Of a stretch of 32,000 nt of DNA, positions 17,089-24,434 are shown piece by piece; the stretch's first letter is position 1, and every line of letters starts with the position of its first letter. This DNA comes from Candidatus Saganbacteria bacterium (GTDB lineage Bacteria; Margulisbacteria; WOR-1; JAKLHX01): NCBI GenBank assembly GCA_026387835.1, contig JAPLKZ010000010.1, positions 266,379 through 298,378 on the forward strand, in the 5' to 3' direction. The translations under genes were made by a program, and so were the position numbers. Below the pieces are notes generated by a model. That model ran no database searches, was not told where the DNA came from, and worked only from the letters and a program-made list of their open reading frames with translations.

Positions 17089-19221
17089 TTATGGGGCCTG
17101 CAAACGGTTTACTGGCGCGTACTTTAACATCAGTGATTTTGTGCCGAAGTTAGAGAATACGACGTCTATGACCGTATCTTCGCCGTCGCCATCTATCTTT
17201 ATGACCTCACCCGTCCCCCACTTCGGATGATTTACCGCGTCTCCTACAGAGTAGATGTCGCTGCTGACCCTGATCTTGACCTGTTTTTCTCCGGGCTCTA
17301 AGTCCATCCAGCTTTTTTCGTCAAAAAGAACGGCAGGAATTTCCTCCAAAAACCTTGATGGCCCGTTACACCATGATTCACCGAAAAGCATTCTTTCCTG
17401 AGCGTGGCATAAAAAAAGCTTTTCTTTGGCGCGCGTGATCCCGACATAGCAGAGACGTCTTTCCTCTTCAAGCTCTTTAGGCTCGAACATCGCCCTGTAA
17501 TGAGGGAATATGCCTTCTTCCATTCCCGCGATGAAAACTATCGGGAACTCCAAACCTTTTGCGCTGTGCAGCGTCATCATCAAAACGGAAGGCTTATCTC
17601 CGTCAGCTGTGTCCTGGTCCGTTACAAGTGACATCTGTGTCAGGAACGCACCGAGAGAAGGATCGTCGCTGATATCTTCAAAATCAAGAGCGACCGTTAA
17701 GAATTCTCTTAAGTTTTCAGCTCTTGAAAGTGCTTCGGCCGTCTGTTCTTCTTCAATATCCTTTATCATATCAGTATCTTCATAGATCTTGGCTATCAAC
17801 TGGGAAGCGGGCTGTTCCGCGGAAAGATCTCTGAAGACCTTTATTTTTTTATCCAGAGCCGCCAGTTGTTGTTTTGCATTACGAGAGATCTGAAGGACGT
17901 CGCATTTTTCTATCATTTCCGCTAATGGTATCTTTCTTGCATTAGCTTCATTTTCGATCTTAGAGATTGTCACCTTCCCCACCCCTTCCAGCATGAAAGA
18001 CAGGACCCGCAGGCAATTGATGTTGTCCGAGGGGTTATAGATCATTTTCAAAAGCGAAAGAATGTCTTTTATCTCTTTTCTCTCGTAAAACCTGAAACCT
18101 CCGATCATCCTGTAAGGGATCCCAGACTGCAAAAAGGCTTCCTCGATCACCCTTGACTGCGCGTTAGTCCTGTAAAGGACGGCGATCCTTGAAAAATCCC
18201 CTTTTGCAAAACGCCTGGCGTTGTCGGCAATGAACAGGGCTTCGTCTTTTTCGTCTTTCGCGAGATATCCGGCCACTGCATCTCCTTTTGCGTTCTTTGT
18301 CCAGAGAGTTTTCGGTTTTCTCATCGCGTTTTTGGCGATAACAGCATTCGCCGCGTCAAGGATGTTCTGCGTAGAGCGGTAATTTTCCTCGAGTTTGAAT
18401 ACTTTCGCATCTTTATAGTCCTTTTCAAAATCGAGGATATTGGCTATATCGGCGCCCCTGAACCCGTATATGCTCTGGTCGTCGTCACCGACCACGCAGA
18501 TGTTCTTGTGCCCGCCGGCCAGGAGCTTCGTGATCATGTACTGGGCGCGGTTGGTATCCTGGTACTCGTCCACATTTATATAGAGGAACCGTTCCTGGTA
18601 ATATTTCCTTACGCTCTCGTGTTTTTCAAGCAGCTCCACCGCGTACATCAGCATATCGTCAAAATCTAGGGCGTTGTTCTTGTTCAGTTTTTCCTGGTAA
18701 AGCCTGTAGCAGATCGAGACTTTTTCCTGCCATATATCCGATGCTCTTGCCATGTACTGCGCGTCGTTCACCAGGTCGTTTTTTGCTTTGCTTATAGATT
18801 CTAGCATCGCCGCGGGCTTGTACCGTTTTTCGTCCAGGTCCGCTTCCTTAAGCACCTGCTTCATCAGGATCTTCTGGTCGTTCTCGTCAAAGATAACATA
18901 GTTCTTTTCCCGTCCCAGTTTTTCAATGTCCCGCCGCAGTATCCTCCCGCAAATGGAATGGAAAGTGCCCACCCACATGTCTTTTGCCAGAATACCTACG
19001 AGATGTTTTAAGCGGTGTTTCATTTCATTAGCCGCCTTGTTCGTAAAAGTGACGGCCATTATCCTGTGGGGAGAGATGTTTTTTCCTTTTACAAGATAGG
19101 CGATCCTGTGGGTGAGCACCCTGGTCTTGCCTGAGCCGGCTCCGGCAATTATCAGCACCGGGCTTTCTGTGCAAAGAACGGCCTCTTTTTGTCTCTCGTT
19201 CAGGGATTTTAGGATAGCCAT
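17089..19221 (-). CDS. pcrA: ATP-dependent DNA helicase PcrA/UvrD family (SF1)
   Basis: Motif I AGAGSGKTRVL, DEYQDTN, VGDDDQSIYGFRGA, and the TLHSAKGLEF and YVGITRA motifs. 710 aa. Confidence 0.92.
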   Translation of the reverse strand: MAILKSLNERQKEAVLCTESPVLIIAGAGSGKTRVLTHRIAYLVKGKNISPHRIMAVTFTNKAANEMKHRLKHLVGILAKDMWVGTFHSICGRILRRDIEKLGREKNYVIFDENDQKILMKQVLKEADLDEKRYKPAAMLESISKAKNDLVNDAQYMARASDIWQEKVSICYRLYQEKLNKNNALDFDDMLMYAVELLEKHESVRKYYQERFLYINVDEYQDTNRAQYMITKLLAGGHKNICVVGDDDQSIYGFRGADIANILDFEKDYKDAKVFKLEENYRSTQNILDAANAVIAKNAMRKPKTLWTKNAKGDAVAGYLAKDEKDEALFIADNARRFAKGDFSRIAVLYRTNAQSRVIEEAFLQSGIPYRMIGGFRFYERKEIKDILSLLKMIYNPSDNINCLRVLSFMLEGVGKVTISKIENEANARKIPLAEMIEKCDVLQISRNAKQQLAALDKKIKVFRDLSAEQPASQLIAKIYEDTDMIKDIEEEQTAEALSRAENLREFLTVALDFEDISDDPSLGAFLTQMSLVTDQDTADGDKPSVLMMTLHSAKGLEFPIVFIAGMEEGIFPHYRAMFEPKELEEERRLCYVGITRAKEKLFLCHAQERMLFGESWCNGPSRFLEEIPAVLFDEKSWMDLEPGEKQVKIRVSSDIYSVGDAVNHPKWGTGEVIKIDGDGEDTVIDVVFSNFGTKSLMLKYAPVNRLQAP

Positions 19222-19231
19222 CGGGATATAA

Positions 19232-19249
19232 ATTATAACATGCTATAAT
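19232..19249. promoter_or_regulatory. Back-to-back divergent extended -10 elements for pcrA (minus) and galT (plus)
   Basis: ATTATAACA|TGCTATAAT. The plus strand reads TGCTATAAT (19241-19249), 6 nt before ATG 19256. The minus strand reads TGTTATAAT (19240-19232), 10 nt before ATG 19221. Together they form a 16/18 palindrome inside a 34-bp intergenic region. Confidence 0.5.
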
Positions 19250-19255
19250 TTTGGC

Positions 19256-20263
19256 ATGTCACAGCTCCGGCAGAATCCCGCTACCAAAGAATGGGTCATA
19301 ATCGCTAAAGAAAGGGCTAAAAGGCCGGAAGATTTTGCGTTGGCAAAGATCCCTGAGCAGCTGCCCGAATATGACAGTAAATGTCCCTTTTGCCCTGGCA
19401 ACGAATCGCAGACACCGAAAGAAATATTTGAATACAGGCCCTCCGGCACGAAACCGGGCTCAAAAGGCTGGCGGCTGAGGGCCATCCCGAATAAATTTGC
19501 CGCGCTTGAAGACAAGGCCGGCGAGGTCCCGGACAGGAAAAAAGAAAATGACTTTTTCAGATACATGGACGGACTTGGAGTACACGAGGTCATAATCGAA
19601 TCGCCCAGGCACGATCTGCACCTTGCGATAATGGAACAGAAGCATGTCGAGGAGATCTTTCTCGCGTACAGGCAAAGATATATCGAACTGAGCAAAGACA
19701 CACGGTTCGAGATCATCAAGATATTTAAGAACCACGGCAAAGGCGCGGGAACATCTCTCCAGCATCCTCATTCCCAGATAATAGCGGCGCCGGTCACGCC
19801 GACGCATATCAGGAGCAGGCTTGATGAAGCCATGAGATACTACGATGACGAGGGAAAATGCGTGTTTTGCGAGATGATAGAAAAGGAAAAAGAAGCCGGG
19901 TCCAGGATCGTCATGGAGACAGATAATTTCATCTGCTTTGAGCCGTTCGCTTCAAGGTCCCCTTTTGAGACATACATACTTCCTAAAGAACATCAGGATT
20001 CTTTCGGCATGATAAGCGAGGAACTGACAAAAGAGTTCGCCTATATCACCAAGAGCATGCTGGTAAAAATAAACAAGTCGCTGAACAATCCCGATTACAA
20101 TTACATGATAAGCTCTACCCCGCCGCATGATTCAAGCGAAGAATATTATCACTGGCATCTCCGGATAGACCCGAGGGTCACTTCTGTCGCCGGGTTCGAG
20201 ATCGGATCGGGAATTTACATCAACACTGTGATCCCGGAAGACCTCCGCAATACCCCTTTATGA
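19256..20263 (+). CDS. galT: Galactose-1-phosphate uridylyltransferase family protein (GalT-type HIT nucleotidyltransferase)
   Basis: CPFCPGNE zinc motif and HPHSQII active-site His-Pro-His. N-terminal RQNPATKEWVIIAKERAKRP is typical of GalT. Confidence 0.85.
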   Translation: MSQLRQNPATKEWVIIAKERAKRPEDFALAKIPEQLPEYDSKCPFCPGNESQTPKEIFEYRPSGTKPGSKGWRLRAIPNKFAALEDKAGEVPDRKKENDFFRYMDGLGVHEVIIESPRHDLHLAIMEQKHVEEIFLAYRQRYIELSKDTRFEIIKIFKNHGKGAGTSLQHPHSQIIAAPVTPTHIRSRLDEAMRYYDDEGKCVFCEMIEKEKEAGSRIVMETDNFICFEPFASRSPFETYILPKEHQDSFGMISEELTKEFAYITKSMLVKINKSLNNPDYNYMISSTPPHDSSEEYYHWHLRIDPRVTSVAGFEIGSGIYINTVIPEDLRNTPL

Positions 20264-21027
20264 AAAAACGCCTTGATCAGGTCCTTGCAGAGAAAGGTTT
20301 GTTTGAAAGCCGGACAAAAGCGCAGGCCGCCATCCTCGCAGGAACTATCCTTGTAAATGAACAGAAGATAGATAAAAGCGGCACCCTTGTCGATGAAGAC
20401 AGCGAGATCCGCATCCTCGGCGAAAAAATGAAATATGTCAGCCGCGGCGGGCTGAAACTTGAAAAAGCGCTCGATGATTTTAAAGCCGATCCTTCCGGAA
20501 AGATCTGTATCGACATCGGCGCATCTACCGGCGGTTTTACCGACTGCCTTCTTCAGAAAGGAGCGGCAAAAGTCTACGCCGTGGATGTCGGCTACGGCCA
20601 GATGCATCTTAAAGTAAGGAACGACAAAAGGGTCGTTGTGATAGAAAGGAACAACGCCAGATATTTGACCCCGGAGGTTCTTTACGGGATAGACTTTGAA
20701 ACCGGGAATTTTGCGTCTTTTTTTGTCATGGATGTCTCGTTCATTTCAATACTGAAAATCCTCCCGGCTCTTTATAAACTTCTGTCCGAAAACGGTGAAG
20801 TGGTCTCTTTGATAAAGCCGCAGTTCGAGGTCGGCAGGAAATCCGTCTCAAAGGGCGGCATAGTCAGGGATAAAAAGGCGGTCAAAGAGATGCTCGAAAA
20901 TATTAAAAGGGAAGCTGAAAATTCAGGGTTTAAAGTAATGGGGACTATCGAATCCCCGATAACCGGAGCGGACGGAAATGTCGAATATTTTATTCACCTG
21001 AAGAAAAACAATACTGCTCTATCTTAA
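20260..21027 (+). CDS. tlyA: TlyA-family rRNA 2'-O-methyltransferase (S4 domain + FtsJ-like methyltransferase)
   Basis: N-terminal S4-like KRLDQVLAEKGLFESRTKAQAAILAG and SAM motif DIGASTGGFTDC. The ATGA overlap with the galT stop suggests translational coupling. Confidence 0.88.
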   Translation: MKKRLDQVLAEKGLFESRTKAQAAILAGTILVNEQKIDKSGTLVDEDSEIRILGEKMKYVSRGGLKLEKALDDFKADPSGKICIDIGASTGGFTDCLLQKGAAKVYAVDVGYGQMHLKVRNDKRVVVIERNNARYLTPEVLYGIDFETGNFASFFVMDVSFISILKILPALYKLLSENGEVVSLIKPQFEVGRKSVSKGGIVRDKKAVKEMLENIKREAENSGFKVMGTIESPITGADGNVEYFIHLKKNNTALS

Positions 21028-21072
21028 AGCTAAGCAGTCCTCCAACTAAATAACACCTCTTTCTTTATTATT

Positions 21073-22557
21073 CTACACGAGGTGTCCATTAAATCGGGGA
21101 AGGTCAAATTGAGACTCATATCCGTGTTTTATTTCTTGATAGATATCTCTATTCATCGGATTTGGACTGAATGTTTTTCCCCATGTGATCATATGTTTAG
21201 CTGCGGTTTTGAAGTCCGGGTAAAACCCGAGCCCGACAGCAGCGATCATAGCAGCCCCGAGAGCAGAAGCTTCAGTCTCGGCATTGAGAGTCACCGGCAC
21301 ACAGAGCGCGTCCGCGAATATCTGCGGCCAGGTTCCCGTATTATCGCGCGCTCCTCCTCCCGCAAGATTGGCCCTTGTTATCAGCGTGCCGAAATCACGC
21401 ATTCTGTCAGCGCACATTACCATTTCAATTGCGACCGCTTCCATGAAAGCCCTGGCAATATGGGGCCTGCCATGAGTTGACTTCAGCCCGGTTATCTGAC
21501 CGGCCAGACCTGGGTCCCTAAGCGGATGGTTTGCACCGGACAACCACGGGAATACCCTAACGCCTTCTGAGCCAGGACCGACTTTTAAGGCCGCTTGAGT
21601 AAGTTCATCCGGATCTAATCCGGTAATCTTTGATAACCAGTCAAATGCGCCGCCTGACGACATGCAGCACGCCATCAGCCAGTCTCCAAAAAAGTGGATC
21701 AGACCTTCCGGATCGCGTTTGCGCTCAGATGTAAATGCGGTCGTCACTCCCGATGTCCCAAGGTTAAAGCCCGCAACCCCGGCCTCAACTACCCCGAGTC
21801 CGATCCTCGCGCACTGCTGGTCCCCTCCTCCCGCAAAAACAGGGGTTCCCTCTAGCAATCCGGTCAGTTGAGCTGCTTCTTTGATTATTCGGCCAACCAT
21901 ATTAGTAGAATTGACTAACAGGGCAAATTTATTGGCCATACCCAGTGCTTTAAATAACCCGTCCGCATATTTCCCGTCAACTCCTATCGCTCCGATCATG
22001 TCGGACCTTTCCTGTCTTAATTCCCCTGTCAGATGATAATTCCACCAGTCTTTTGGTGTAACTACATATTTTGTCGCATCCCAAATATCCGGTTGTACTT
22101 TCATCCTGTGAAGCGCTTTGATGATCGTCCACCTTACTGCCGGTTGATTTCCGGTCAACTCGACAAAAAGATCCTTCGGAACACTTTCATATTGTGGCGC
22201 AGACCTGGGGCAATCCCACATCGATGCAGGGACTATCGGCACCAACTTGCCTCCCGCACCACTCCCGAGCAGAACATCACCGTGCATCCAGCCTGAGGTC
22301 GAGACTGCCAGTACTTCTTTTGGATCAATGTTTGTTGTAATGCGTTCTTTTATCGCCTTGCATCCCGCATCTGCAAGCTTGACCATATCCTGTTCTTTAA
22401 ATCCGCTTGGAAGAGTCTTATAACTACAGGGCCATGCATCTGTTGTATGGCATTTATAGCTTTGTCCGGGAGTGGTACTTACCCTGATCGGTAAAACTCT
22501 TACTCCATGGGTACCGAAATCTACGCCAAGAATAACTCCGCTTTTTTGGACCGGCAT
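21073..22557 (-). CDS. FGGY-family carbohydrate kinase (substrate unknown)
   Basis: ILGVDFGTHG N-terminal ATPase motif, FAGGGDQQCA, and the NLAGGGARDN...WPQIFADALCVPV C-terminal motif. The ORF track starts at TTG 22596. I prefer ATG 22557, which is preceded by AGGAGGAAG and lies downstream of the predicted promoter. Confidence 0.8.
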   Translation of the reverse strand: MPVQKSGVILGVDFGTHGVRVLPIRVSTTPGQSYKCHTTDAWPCSYKTLPSGFKEQDMVKLADAGCKAIKERITTNIDPKEVLAVSTSGWMHGDVLLGSGAGGKLVPIVPASMWDCPRSAPQYESVPKDLFVELTGNQPAVRWTIIKALHRMKVQPDIWDATKYVVTPKDWWNYHLTGELRQERSDMIGAIGVDGKYADGLFKALGMANKFALLVNSTNMVGRIIKEAAQLTGLLEGTPVFAGGGDQQCARIGLGVVEAGVAGFNLGTSGVTTAFTSERKRDPEGLIHFFGDWLMACCMSSGGAFDWLSKITGLDPDELTQAALKVGPGSEGVRVFPWLSGANHPLRDPGLAGQITGLKSTHGRPHIARAFMEAVAIEMVMCADRMRDFGTLITRANLAGGGARDNTGTWPQIFADALCVPVTLNAETEASALGAAMIAAVGLGFYPDFKTAAKHMITWGKTFSPNPMNRDIYQEIKHGYESQFDLPRFNGHLV

Positions 22558-22598
22558 GATGTTCTTCCTCCTGTGATTTTTGATATTTTCAGCCAAAT

Positions 22599-22630
22599 GA
22601 GTATCGAGAGGTTATTTTGAAAATTTCAGT
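22599..22630 (-). promoter_or_regulatory. Alternative-sigma-type promoter candidate (ACTGAAAT-N16-CGATACTC) for the FGGY kinase gene
   Basis: Minus strand reads ACTGAAAT (22630-22623), 16 nt, CGATACTC (22606-22599). Same motif and spacing as the five other sites. Confidence 0.45.
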
Positions 22631-22691
22631 GAATTTATAATTCCGCCCAAAGATCATACAATTATCCTGACGGTATTTTAGAGGGGTGGCC

Positions 22692-22729
22692 TCAAAAGAA
22701 AAACCTCCAAACAGGAATGGAGGTTTTTT
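22692..22729 (-). terminator. Rho-independent terminator candidate after the small-ORF pair (potentially bidirectional)
   Basis: Stem AAAAACCTCC (22699-22708) pairs with GGAGGTTTTT (22719-22728) around a 10-nt loop. The minus-strand transcript ends in UUUUUCUUUU. A T6 run also follows on the plus strand. Confidence 0.55.
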
Positions 22730-22749
22730 GCTTGAGAGAACAGCAACCG

Positions 22750-22968
22750 CTAATTCTTGCAGTTGCTCAGTTTGAGAGAACACCATTTAGCAAGATCGCC
22801 GATCATAACGAACCTGAAGGATGCTTTCAGGTCGGGCGATCCGCTTAAATGACACTGTCTGTAAAGGGTCGCTGTATAAGGTTTTGTCTCCCTTATTTCT
22901 TCGAGATAACCTTTAAAGATCATCTCGTTAAGCACTTTTAGCATTTTCGTATCGTTTAAGTTGAACAT
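22750..22968 (-). CDS. Small hypothetical protein (72 aa), second gene of a two-gene module
   Basis: GGAGA Shine-Dalgarno lies inside the end of the upstream ORF, with a 4-nt intergenic gap. The terminator begins about 20 nt after the stop. There is weak, unverified resemblance of LSGSPDLKASFRFVMIGD to the L-x-G...R-[IV]-G-D core of RelE/ParE-type toxins, but the protein is too short to be a complete one. Confidence 0.5.
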   Translation of the reverse strand: MFNLNDTKMLKVLNEMIFKGYLEEIRETKPYTATLYRQCHLSGSPDLKASFRFVMIGDLAKWCSLKLSNCKN

Positions 22969-22972
22969 TTTG

Positions 22973-23164
22973 TTATCTCCAGTAAGAGACCGTTCTTCCG
23001 GGGGCTTGCCCCATGGAAAAACGGTTGGATATTATATTTATGAAACTTCCGGCTTCGTTCTTGATCAGTTCGGACAGGGCGGCGGAAGTGTTGCTCTTTA
23101 CATACCTCTTGCCGCTTATCTCTATCTTTTCTATTGTCGTGTTAAGTCTTTCTGCGTCTGTCAT
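22973..23164 (-). CDS. Small hypothetical protein (63 aa), first gene of a two-gene module
   Basis: The ORF track starts at GTG 23182. I prefer ATG 23164, preceded by GAAGGGGAAAGAG, because the proximal promoter (-10 at 23192-23184) would start transcription downstream of 23182. There is weak, unverified resemblance of SNTSAALSELIKNEA to helix 2 of ribbon-helix-helix regulators. Confidence 0.5.
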   Translation of the reverse strand: MTDAERLNTTIEKIEISGKRYVKSNTSAALSELIKNEAGSFINIISNRFSMGQAPGRTVSYWR

Positions 23165-23183
23165 TGTCTCTTTCCCCTTCACT

Positions 23184-23216
23184 TATTTATCGTCAATAAT
23201 TTCAGGAAATTTCACT
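23184..23216 (-). promoter_or_regulatory. Alternative-sigma-type promoter candidate (AGTGAAAT-N16-CGATAAATA), proximal promoter of the small-ORF pair
   Basis: Minus strand reads AGTGAAAT (23216-23209), 16 nt, CGATAAATA (23192-23184). The -10 9-mer is identical to the site at 29364-29356. Confidence 0.5.
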
Positions 23217-23217
23217 C

Positions 23218-23248
23218 AAACCGGTCTTTTTTAAAGAATCTCCGGTTT
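23218..23248. other. Interrupted inverted repeat / hairpin between the two tandem promoters
   Basis: AAACCGG (23218-23224) pairs with CCGGTTT (23242-23248). An inner TCTTT/AAAGA stem is present. On the plus strand it is followed by TTTTGTCCTGTTTTG. Confidence 0.35.
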
Positions 23249-23257
23249 TGTCCTGTT

Positions 23258-23290
23258 TTGATATCGGCTTGAATTTTTGAATATTTCACT
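23258..23290 (-). promoter_or_regulatory. Alternative-sigma-type promoter candidate (AGTGAAAT-N16-CGATATCAA), distal promoter of the small-ORF pair
   Basis: Minus strand reads AGTGAAAT (23290-23283), 16 nt, CGATATCAA (23266-23258). With the two preceding bases the -10 region reads GCCGATAT. Confidence 0.5.
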
Positions 23291-23315
23291 GTTTTAGAAT
23301 ATACTTACATATAAT

Positions 23316-24434
23316 ATGTACGGGGTACTTGTTCTTGAGGACGGGATGTATTTTGAAGGCGAGGCTTTCGGGGCTGAGGGGGTATCTTTCGGGGAAGCCG
23401 TTTTCAATACGAGCATGACCGGATACCAGGAGATACTTACCGACCCCTCCTATAAATACCAGATAATAACGATGACCTGCCCGCTTATTGGCAACTACGG
23501 GGTCAATAAGGACGATATGGAATCCTTAAAGCCCCATTGCTCCGGTTTTGTCGTCAGGGAAAAAAGCAACATCTTCAGCAACTGGAGGGCGGAGACCGAC
23601 CTTGATTCTTTCCTGAAAAAGCACAATGTCATCGGCCTCTCCGAAATAGACACCAGGGCTTTGACAAGGCACATAAGGAGCAAAGGAGCTATGAAAGCCG
23701 TGATATCGTCATCAGAGACGGACATCAAGGATCTGCACAAAAAAGTGGCCGCTTCCGCTTCGATCGTCGGGATGGACCTTGTAAAGGATGTAAGCTGTGA
23801 AGAACCGTATTCATGGGAAAAGGGCCGCAGGGATTTTTTGACCGATCCGAAAAAGAAGAATAAAGATTCATTCAATGTTGTCGTTTTTGATTTCGGCGTG
23901 AAGTTCAATATCCTGAGAAAACTTCATTCTTTGGGGTGTAAAGTAACGGTAGTCCCCGCCGGCACAAAATCTGAAGAGATTTTTAAGTTAAAGCCGGACG
24001 GGATCCTGCTGTCAAACGGACCCGGAGATCCCAAAGCCGTGGCCTACGCGATAGAGACGGTACAAAAGCTCGTAGGCAAGTTCCCGATATTCGGTATCTG
24101 CCTCGGCCATCAGATATTATCGCTGGCGTTCGGAGGCAAGACCTATAAACTGAAATTCGGCCACAGGGGCGCCAACCACCCGGTAAAGAATCTTTTGACG
24201 GGAAGGATCGAGATCACATCCCAGAACCACGGGTTCGCGGTGGACCCCGGGTCCTTCAGGAACACGAACATCGATCTCACCCATATAAACCTGAACGACG
24301 GAACGTGCGAAGGGCTGTGCCATAAGAACCTGCCGGCTTTTTCGGTCCAGTATCACCCGGAAGCGTCCCCCGGCCCGCATGACAGCGAGTATTTGTTCAC
24401 AAAGTTCATTGACATGATGAAAAAGGGGCTGTGA
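23316..24434 (+). CDS. carA: Carbamoyl-phosphate synthase small (glutamine amidotransferase) subunit CarA
   Basis: N-terminal LVLEDGMYFEGEAFG...FNTSMTGYQEILTDPSY, catalytic GICLGHQ, and HGFAV...QYHPEASPGPHD. No carB follows. Confidence 0.93.
   Translation: MYGVLVLEDGMYFEGEAFGAEGVSFGEAVFNTSMTGYQEILTDPSYKYQIITMTCPLIGNYGVNKDDMESLKPHCSGFVVREKSNIFSNWRAETDLDSFLKKHNVIGLSEIDTRALTRHIRSKGAMKAVISSSETDIKDLHKKVAASASIVGMDLVKDVSCEEPYSWEKGRRDFLTDPKKKNKDSFNVVVFDFGVKFNILRKLHSLGCKVTVVPAGTKSEEIFKLKPDGILLSNGPGDPKAVAYAIETVQKLVGKFPIFGICLGHQILSLAFGGKTYKLKFGHRGANHPVKNLLTGRIEITSQNHGFAVDPGSFRNTNIDLTHINLNDGTCEGLCHKNLPAFSVQYHPEASPGPHDSEYLFTKFIDMMKKGL

Noticed and set aside
19243-19807. Minus-strand ORFs (165 aa and 115 aa) antisense to galT
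   Set aside because: They are shadow frames of a gene with diagnostic GalT motifs, and they would start inside or upstream of the pcrA/galT promoter palindrome.
22558-22596. TTG 22596 start for the FGGY kinase, and likewise GTG 23182 for the first small ORF
   Set aside because: Both alternative starts lie upstream of or at the transcription start predicted from the conserved promoter motif, and both lack a Shine-Dalgarno. The internal ATGs (22557 and 23164) have good Shine-Dalgarno sequences.
23310-23315. Perfect TATAAT hexamer immediately abutting the carA ATG
   Set aside because: A -10 element with no spacing before the start codon would place the TSS inside the gene, and the conserved CarA N-terminus begins at 23316. 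TAGAAT at 23295-23300 is a more plausible -10, but support for it is weak, so no carA promoter is listed.
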